Source of the DNA: Cupriavidus necator
GTDB taxonomy: Bacteria > Pseudomonadota > Gammaproteobacteria > Burkholderiales > Burkholderiaceae
Length of the DNA stretch: 32,000 bases
NCBI RefSeq assembly: GCF_016127575.1
Contig: NZ_CP066018.1
Coordinates: 3,780,001 to 3,812,000, forward strand
Direction of reading: 5' to 3'
Positions 17,376-23,491 of the stretch are shown here, in pieces. Within the stretch, counting starts at the first letter, position 1; every line of letters begins with the position of its first letter. The translations under genes and the position numbers were made by a program. Under the pieces are notes generated by a model. The model ran no database searches, was not told the origin of the DNA, and saw nothing but the letters and a program-made list of their open reading frames with translations.

Positions 17376-17960
17376 ATGACTGACTCGAACCTATCTTTCT
17401 TCGGCAGGGTCTCGCTTGCCATGGGCACCTTCTTCGCCATCCTTGGCAACCGCGAACTCGCGGCCGGTGTCAAGCGCCTGCGTGACGGCGAGGGATTCGC
17501 CGCGGCGCCGGCGCCCGCGGCTGTATCAGCACCTGCTCCCGCCCCGGTGGCGGAGGCTGCCGCACCCGTGCTGAAGGAAGCCAGCCCGGTGGCGGCGCTG
17601 CAGTTGCTCGGACTGCTCCAGCGCGATGCACGCTTCATCGACTTCGTCGAGGAAGATATCGCGCGCTATTCCGACACGGAGATCGGTGCCGCCGCGCGCC
17701 TGGTGCACGATGGCTGCCGCGGGGTGCTGCGCGAGCACTTCACCATCCGGCCGGTGCGCGAGGAAGCCGAGGGCAGCCGTGTCACGCTGGCCGACGGCTT
17801 CGATGCCACCGCCATCCGCCTGACCGGCAACGTGGTAGGCAGCGCGCCGTTCCATGGCAGCATCAGCCACCGCGGCTGGAAGGTCGAGGAAGTCCGCCTG
17901 CCGCGCGTGGCCGAACGCCATGACGCCACCGTGATTGCCCCCGCCGAGGTGGAGCTTTGA
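17376..17960 (+). CDS. DUF2760-like protein: N-terminal hydrophobic helix, Ala/Pro linker, conserved C-terminal domain
   Basis: 194 aa with AGGAG 8 nt upstream. It contains LSFFGRVSLAMGTFFAIL, then AAAPAPAAVSAPAPAPVAEAAAP, then LQLLGLLQRDARFIDFVEEDIARYSDTEIGAAARLVHDGCRGVLREHF...RLTGNVVG..PF.G...H.GW, which matches my recollection of PF10816 members. Its stop overlaps the next ATG (ATGA, 17957-17960). Confidence 0.7.
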   Translation: MTDSNLSFFGRVSLAMGTFFAILGNRELAAGVKRLRDGEGFAAAPAPAAVSAPAPAPVAEAAAPVLKEASPVAALQLLGLLQRDARFIDFVEEDIARYSDTEIGAAARLVHDGCRGVLREHFTIRPVREEAEGSRVTLADGFDATAIRLTGNVVGSAPFHGSISHRGWKVEEVRLPRVAERHDATVIAPAEVEL

Positions 17961-19807
17961 TGAGCGAAGCACGCTATGCCATCGGCATCGACCTGGGCAC
18001 CACCCATGGCGCGGTCTCCTACGTCGACCTGGCCGCCAGCGATGGCGAGAAGACCAGCCAGCGCGTCCTGCCCATCACGCAGCTGACCGCGCCGGGGGCC
18101 GTCGAAGACCTGGACCTGCTGCCCTCCTTCCTGTACCTGCCACACGCCAGCGAACTCGCCCCGGGCGACCTGGCGCTGCCGTGGAACGCCGCGCGCGACT
18201 TCGCCGTGGGCGAGCTGGCGCGCAGCCGCGGCGCGGCCACGCCGATCCGCCTGGTGTCGAGCGCGAAGAGCTGGCTGTGCCATCCCGGCATCGACCGCCG
18301 CGCGCCGGTCCTGCCCAACGACGCACCGCCCGAGGTGACGCGCGTGTCGCCGCTGGAGGCTTCCGTGCGCTATCTCACGCACCTGCGTGAAGCCTGGGAC
18401 CAGGCCCACCCCGAAGCGCCGTTTGGCGAGCAGGACGTCACCGTGACGATTCCCGCATCGTTCGACCCGGCCGCACGGGAGCTGACGGCCGAGGCGGCCG
18501 CCGCGGCCGGCTATGCCCGCATGACCCTGCTCGAGGAACCCCAGGCCGCGCTCTATAGCTGGATCCAGAAAAGCGGCGGCCAATGGCGCAAGCAGGTCAA
18601 GGTCGGCGACATCATCCTCGTCGTCGATGTGGGTGGCGGCACCACCGACCTTTCGCTGATCGCCGTGATCGAGCGCGAAGGCAACCTTGAGCTGCACCGT
18701 ATTGCGGTCGGCGACCATATCCTGCTCGGCGGCGACAACATGGATCTGGCGCTGGCCCACGTGGTGGCGCGCAAGCTGGCGGCCCAGGGCACGCAGGCCG
18801 ATCCGTGGCAACTGCGCGCGCTGACCTATGCCTGCCGCGCGGCCAAGGAAACGCTGCTGACCGACCCGGATACCGATACCGTGCCCCTGGTCGTGCCCAG
18901 CCGCGGCTCCAGGCTGATCGGCGGCTCGATCCGCACGGACCTGACCCGCGCCGAGCTGACCCAGACCATCCTGGAAGGCTTCTTCCCGCAAGTCGAGGCC
19001 TCGGCCCGCCCGGTGAGCCGCGCGCGCGCCGGCCTGACGCAGCTTGGCTTGCCCTATGCGCAGGATGCGGCCATCACGCGGCACCTGGCCGCGTTCCTGG
19101 GCCGGCAGGTGGCGGCGCTGGCCGAAATCGAAGGCTTGCAGAGCGCACAGCCGGAAGGCGCGACCTTGCTGCACCCGACCGCCGTCCTGTTCAACGGCGG
19201 CGTGTTCAAGTCCGGCCTGCTGGCGGACCGCATCCTGCAGACGCTGAACGGCTGGCTCGCCGCGGAAGGCGCGGCCCCTGCCCGCCTGCTTGACGGCGCC
19301 GAGCTGGACCTGGCCGTGGCACGCGGCGCCGCCTATTACGGCTACGTGCGGCGCGGCAAGGGGGTGCGGATTCGTGGCGGCACCGCGCGCGCCTACTATA
19401 TCGCCGTGGAATCGTCGATGCCCGCCGTGCCTGGCTTCGAACCGCCGATCCAGGCCCTGTGCGTGGCGCCGTTCGGCATGGAGGAAGGCACCGAGGCCGC
19501 GCTGCCGCCGCAGGAATTCGGCCTGGTGGTGGGCGAACCCGTGCACTTCCGCTTCTTCGGCTCGTCGGTGCGCCGCCAGGACCAGGTCGGCACCCTGCTG
19601 GACTACTGGGGGCCGGAGGAACTGCAGGAGCTGGAAGAAATCCAGGCGACCCTGCCGGCCGAAGGCCGCACCGCGGGCGAAGTGGTACCGGTCAGGCTGC
19701 ATGCGCGGGTGACCGAGGCCGGCACCCTGGAACTCGAAGCCGTGCCCGGCGGCAGCGCTGAGCGCTGGAAGGTCGAGTTCGATGTGCGCGGCAGCGCCGA
19801 TGCCTGA
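17957..19807 (+). CDS. Atypical Hsp70-family ATPase A (616 aa; no canonical helical lid)
   Basis: Actin/Hsp70 NBD motifs are present: YAIGIDLGTTHGAVSYV (phosphate 1), SAKSWL, TIPASFD..LLEEPQAAL, VVDVGGGTTDLSLI (phosphate 2), LFNGGVFKS (adenosine), LAVARGAAYYG. A beta-rich C-terminal part ends TEAGTLELEAV..RWKVEFDVRG. Confidence 0.85.
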   Translation: MMSEARYAIGIDLGTTHGAVSYVDLAASDGEKTSQRVLPITQLTAPGAVEDLDLLPSFLYLPHASELAPGDLALPWNAARDFAVGELARSRGAATPIRLVSSAKSWLCHPGIDRRAPVLPNDAPPEVTRVSPLEASVRYLTHLREAWDQAHPEAPFGEQDVTVTIPASFDPAARELTAEAAAAAGYARMTLLEEPQAALYSWIQKSGGQWRKQVKVGDIILVVDVGGGTTDLSLIAVIEREGNLELHRIAVGDHILLGGDNMDLALAHVVARKLAAQGTQADPWQLRALTYACRAAKETLLTDPDTDTVPLVVPSRGSRLIGGSIRTDLTRAELTQTILEGFFPQVEASARPVSRARAGLTQLGLPYAQDAAITRHLAAFLGRQVAALAEIEGLQSAQPEGATLLHPTAVLFNGGVFKSGLLADRILQTLNGWLAAEGAAPARLLDGAELDLAVARGAAYYGYVRRGKGVRIRGGTARAYYIAVESSMPAVPGFEPPIQALCVAPFGMEEGTEAALPPQEFGLVVGEPVHFRFFGSSVRRQDQVGTLLDYWGPEELQELEEIQATLPAEGRTAGEVVPVRLHARVTEAGTLELEAVPGGSAERWKVEFDVRGSADA

Positions 19808-22607
19808 GCAAGCGGCCGGGCCGGCGACGAAGCAATACGTCGTCGGCATCGACCTCGGCACCAGCAACACCGTCGTCGCCTACGCGAAGGCCGGGTCCGA
19901 CGATATCCGCGTCTTCGATATCGACCAGCTGGTCAGCCCGGGCGAGGTCGCGGCCCGTCCCCTGCTGCCCTCGGTGCGCTACCACGCGGCACCGGGCGAG
20001 CTCAGCGGCGACGACCTGCAGCTGCCCTGGCAATCCGCCGCCAGCGCCGCCGCGCGCCGGACCGTGTTCGGCCGCCTGGCGGCCACGCTCGGCGCGCAAG
20101 TGCCCGGCAGGCTCGTAGCCAGCGCAAAGAGCTGGCTGTCGCATGCTTCGGTCGACCGCACCGCGGCCATCCTGCCTTGGGGCGGGAATGACGATCTCGA
20201 CAAGATCTCGCCCGTCGTCGCCAGCGCCAGCTACCTGGGCTATGTATGCGCGGCGTGGAACCACCGTTTTCCCGATGCGCGGATCGAGGACCAGGACGTG
20301 GTACTCACCGTGCCCGCCTCGTTCGACGAGGGCGCGCGCGCGCTGACGCTTGAGGCGGCGCGCCTGGCCGGTCTGCCCGCGCTGCGCCTGCTCGAGGAGC
20401 CGCAAGCCGCGCTCTACGACTGGCTGTTCCATCATCGCCAGAGCCTGGACACCGACCTGGCGCAAACCCGCCTGGTGCTGATCTGCGACGTGGGCGGCGG
20501 CACCACCGACCTCACCCTGATCCGGGTGGACATGCAGGACGGGCAGCCGCAGCTGACCCGCATCGGCGTGGGCAACCACCTGATGCTCGGCGGCGACAAC
20601 ATGGATCTTGGCCTGGCGCATCTGGTCGAGGCGCGCCTCGGGGCCGGCGGGGCCGCGCAGCCGCGGCTGTCGGCGGCCGGCCTGTCGCAGCTGGTCGCGC
20701 GCTGCCGCGCCGCCAAGGAACAGCTGCTCGGCGCGCAGGCGCCGGACTCGGTCGCGGTGACGCTGCTGGGCGCGGGCGCCAGGCTGATCGGCGGCGCACG
20801 CTCGGTGGAAGTGACGCGGCAGGAGGTCGAACAGCTGATCGTCGACGGCTTCTTCCCCAAGGTGCCGGCCAGTGAAAGGCCGGGGCGCGCACGGGGCGCG
20901 ATTGTCGAGTTCGGCCTGCCGTATGCGTCCGACCCCGCCGTGACCCGGCACGTTGCGGCGTTCCTGAGCCAGCACGCGGCGCAGTCGCGGGCGGCACTGG
21001 ACGCACCACAGGCGCCGGCCGATGCCTTGCCGATGCCCGATACCCTGCTCCTCAACGGCGGCGTATTCAGGGCGCAGGCGCTGGCCGGCCGCATCGCCGA
21101 CACGCTGGGCACGTGGCGCGGCGCGCCGCTGCAGGTCCTGCACAACGACAATCCCGACGTTGCCGTGGCCCGGGGCGCGGTTGCGTATGCCCGGGCCCGT
21201 GCCGGGCAGGCCCCGCGCATCGGCGGCGGCTCGCCGCGCAGCTACTTTCTGGTCCTCGATGATGGCGCGTCGGGGCCGCAAGGGATCTGCCTGCTGCCGC
21301 GCGGCACTGAGGAAGGCCACGAGATTCACCTCAGCGACCGCACTTTCGCCTTGCGGCTCGGCCATCCGGTGCAATTCCACCTGGCATCCTCCGTCGCCGA
21401 CACGGCCTATCAGCCCGGTCAGCTGACCGACCTGTCGGCGGGCGACTTCATCCGCCTGCCGCCGATCGCCACCGTCGTGCCGCCGCGCGGCGCCAGCGGC
21501 CCGCGGGAAACGCCGGTGCAGATCACCGCCTCGCTGACCGAGGTCGGCACGCTCGAGGTCCACTGCATCGACATCGCGGATGCCTCGCAGCGATGGCGCC
21601 TTGAGTTCCAGTTGCGTGGCAATGACACCCAGGCGGCACCAGCGCCCGATACGGCACACCCGTCCCTGCCCCAGGCCCTGGAGGCGATTGACCGCACCTT
21701 TGGCGCGCGCTCGCAGGACGTCGGCCCCAAGGAGGTCAAGCGCCTGCGTGCGCAGCTGGAACAGCTGCTGGGTGCGCGCGAGCAATGGGACAGCGCCGTG
21801 CTGCGCGAGCTGTTCGGCGCCTTCTGGGAACGCGCCCGGCGCAGGCGGCGCACTGCCGACCATGAACGCCTGTGGCTGAACCTGGCCGGCTATTGCGTGC
21901 GCCCGGGATTCGGCTATCCGCTCGACGAATGGCGCGTCGGGCAACTCTGGTCGCAGTACGACCAGGGCATCCAGTACGTCAACGAAAGCCAGAACTGGTC
22001 CGAGTGGTGGACGCTGTGGCGGCGCGCGGCAGGCGGGCTGGACGAAAGCGCGCAACTGCGCCTGCTGGAAGACATGGCCTTCTACCTGCAGCCACCCGGC
22101 AGCACCCGCTACAAGAAGCCCGCCGGGCCCGCCAGGGGCGGCTATGCCGATATGGTGCGCCTTGCCGGCTCGCTCGAGCGCATTCCCGCCGACGCCAAGA
22201 TCGAACTGGCCGAATGGCTGCTGGCCCGGCTGCGCAAGCCATCCGAAAACAGCCAGGGCTGGTGGGCCGTGGGCCGCATCGGCGCGCGCCGGCCGTTCTA
22301 CGGCAGCGCGCACAGCGTGGTGCCGGCCGGGACCGCCGCCCAATGGGTGGACGCGATCCTGGCCCTCGACTGGAAAAAGGTCGAGCCGGCAGCGTTCGCC
22401 GCCGTGCAGATCGCGCGCATGACCGGCGATCGCAGCCGCGACCTGCCCGACGAGATCCGGGCAACCGTGGTGCGCCGGCTGGAAGCCGCCAACGCGCCGC
22501 CAAGCTGGATTGCCATGGTGCGCGAAGTGGTGGAACTCAATACCGCGGACGAGGGGCGGGTGTTTGGGGAGGCGCTGCCCGCCGGGCTCAAGTTGATCGC
22601 GGGGTAG
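19800..22607 (+). CDS. Atypical Hsp70-family ATPase B (935 aa) with ~330-aa C-terminal Trp-rich helical extension
   Basis: Start chosen at ATG 19800 (MPEQ...), overlapping the upstream stop by 8 nt (ATGCCTGA). Motifs: VVGIDLGTSNTVVAY, SAKSWL, TVPASFD..LLEEPQAAL, ICDVGGGTTDLTLI, LLNGGVFRA, VAVARGAVAYA. The beta-rich part ends TEVGTLEVHCI..RWRLEFQLRG, paralogous to ATPase A. It is followed by an unrecognised domain (ERLWLNLAGYCVRPGFGYPLDEWRV..NWSEWWTLWRR..). Confidence 0.85.
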   Translation: MPEQAAGPATKQYVVGIDLGTSNTVVAYAKAGSDDIRVFDIDQLVSPGEVAARPLLPSVRYHAAPGELSGDDLQLPWQSAASAAARRTVFGRLAATLGAQVPGRLVASAKSWLSHASVDRTAAILPWGGNDDLDKISPVVASASYLGYVCAAWNHRFPDARIEDQDVVLTVPASFDEGARALTLEAARLAGLPALRLLEEPQAALYDWLFHHRQSLDTDLAQTRLVLICDVGGGTTDLTLIRVDMQDGQPQLTRIGVGNHLMLGGDNMDLGLAHLVEARLGAGGAAQPRLSAAGLSQLVARCRAAKEQLLGAQAPDSVAVTLLGAGARLIGGARSVEVTRQEVEQLIVDGFFPKVPASERPGRARGAIVEFGLPYASDPAVTRHVAAFLSQHAAQSRAALDAPQAPADALPMPDTLLLNGGVFRAQALAGRIADTLGTWRGAPLQVLHNDNPDVAVARGAVAYARARAGQAPRIGGGSPRSYFLVLDDGASGPQGICLLPRGTEEGHEIHLSDRTFALRLGHPVQFHLASSVADTAYQPGQLTDLSAGDFIRLPPIATVVPPRGASGPRETPVQITASLTEVGTLEVHCIDIADASQRWRLEFQLRGNDTQAAPAPDTAHPSLPQALEAIDRTFGARSQDVGPKEVKRLRAQLEQLLGAREQWDSAVLRELFGAFWERARRRRRTADHERLWLNLAGYCVRPGFGYPLDEWRVGQLWSQYDQGIQYVNESQNWSEWWTLWRRAAGGLDESAQLRLLEDMAFYLQPPGSTRYKKPAGPARGGYADMVRLAGSLERIPADAKIELAEWLLARLRKPSENSQGWWAVGRIGARRPFYGSAHSVVPAGTAAQWVDAILALDWKKVEPAAFAAVQIARMTGDRSRDLPDEIRATVVRRLEAANAPPSWIAMVREVVELNTADEGRVFGEALPAGLKLIAG

Positions 22608-22679
22608 CAGACCAGCGCGAAGCGACTGGCAGGCGCCTCATTTGCCACTTATCTGCGCCAGCCAGGCCGATGATCTACG

Positions 22680-23459
22680 ATGACGGTAGGCTCCTTGCCT
22701 GCCCCACTCGTGAAGCCATCAGCGCCCCGCCCACTCCTCCCAATCCTGGTCGCCGCCATCGCGCTGGCCTTGCCCTGCTCGATCACCGCCGCCGACGACG
22801 CCCTTGCCCCGCAGCGCGCCGACATGGTCAGGGAGATCGCCGCGGTCGCGGCAGCGGCCGCCGCCCAGAGCGGCAGGCATGCCATCGACCCGCGCGTCAT
22901 GGCCGTGATGGGGCAAGTGCCTCGCCACGAGTTTGTGCCGGACGCGCAGAAGCCGCACGCCTATGAGAACCGGCCGCTGCCGATAGGCCATGGCCAGACC
23001 ATTTCGCAGCCGTATATCGTCGCCCTGATGACCGACCTGATGATGGTCAAGCCTGGCGACACCGTGTTGGAAATCGGCACCGGATCCGGCTACCAGGCCG
23101 CGGTGCTGACCGGGCTGGCGCGCGCGGTCTATACCATCGAGATCATCGAGCCGCTGGGACGGCACGCCTGCGACCGCCTGAAGCGGCTGGCCTACCGGCA
23201 GGTGGCGTGCAAGGTGGGCGACGGCTACTACGGCTGGGACGAACACGCGCCCTATGACGCCATTGTCGTCACCGCGGCGGCCAGCCACGTGCCGCCGCCG
23301 CTGATCCGGCAACTGAAGCCAGGCGGGCGCATGGTGATCCCGGTGGGCGCCCAGTTCCTGACGCAGTACCTGCTGCTGGTCGAAAAGTCCGAGGACGGCA
23401 CCGTTTCCACCAGGCAGATCCTGCCGGTCAGGTTCGTGCCGCTGGTTGGCAAGCACTGA
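22680..23459 (+). CDS. pcm: Protein-L-isoaspartate (D-aspartate) O-methyltransferase with N-terminal signal-peptide-like extension
   Basis: PIMT signatures are present: VPRHEFVP, IGHGQTISQPYIVALMTDLM, VLEIGTGSGYQAAVL, YDAIVVTAAA, LKPGGRMVIPVG. About 45 extra N-terminal residues comprise a K/R n-region, the hydrophobic core PLLPILVAAIALALPC, and SITA/AD. Confidence 0.85.
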   Translation: MTVGSLPAPLVKPSAPRPLLPILVAAIALALPCSITAADDALAPQRADMVREIAAVAAAAAAQSGRHAIDPRVMAVMGQVPRHEFVPDAQKPHAYENRPLPIGHGQTISQPYIVALMTDLMMVKPGDTVLEIGTGSGYQAAVLTGLARAVYTIEIIEPLGRHACDRLKRLAYRQVACKVGDGYYGWDEHAPYDAIVVTAAASHVPPPLIRQLKPGGRMVIPVGAQFLTQYLLLVEKSEDGTVSTRQILPVRFVPLVGKH

Positions 23460-23491
23460 AGCGCGGCACATCAGCCCGGCCAGCTGACGCC

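Noticed and set aside
19782-19799. Upstream ATG at 19782 as the start of Hsp70 paralogue B
   Set aside because: It would add MCAAAP and deepen the overlap with the upstream gene. ATG 19800 gives the classic short overlap. The choice remains uncertain without N-terminal data.
17666-19870. 734-aa minus-strand ORF antisense to Hsp70 paralogue A
   Set aside because: Same shadow-ORF composition. The plus-strand frame carries the full Hsp70 motif set.
19692-22343. 883-aa minus-strand ORF antisense to Hsp70 paralogue B
   Set aside because: Composition is extremely Arg/Ala/Gly/Pro-rich with no recognisable motifs. This is a typical high-GC shadow ORF opposite a well-supported gene.
21872-22966. 364-aa plus-strand ORF bridging the end of Hsp70 B and the start of pcm
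   Set aside because: It is an alternate frame of two supported genes. The product is essentially poly-Arg/Ala/Gly/Pro.
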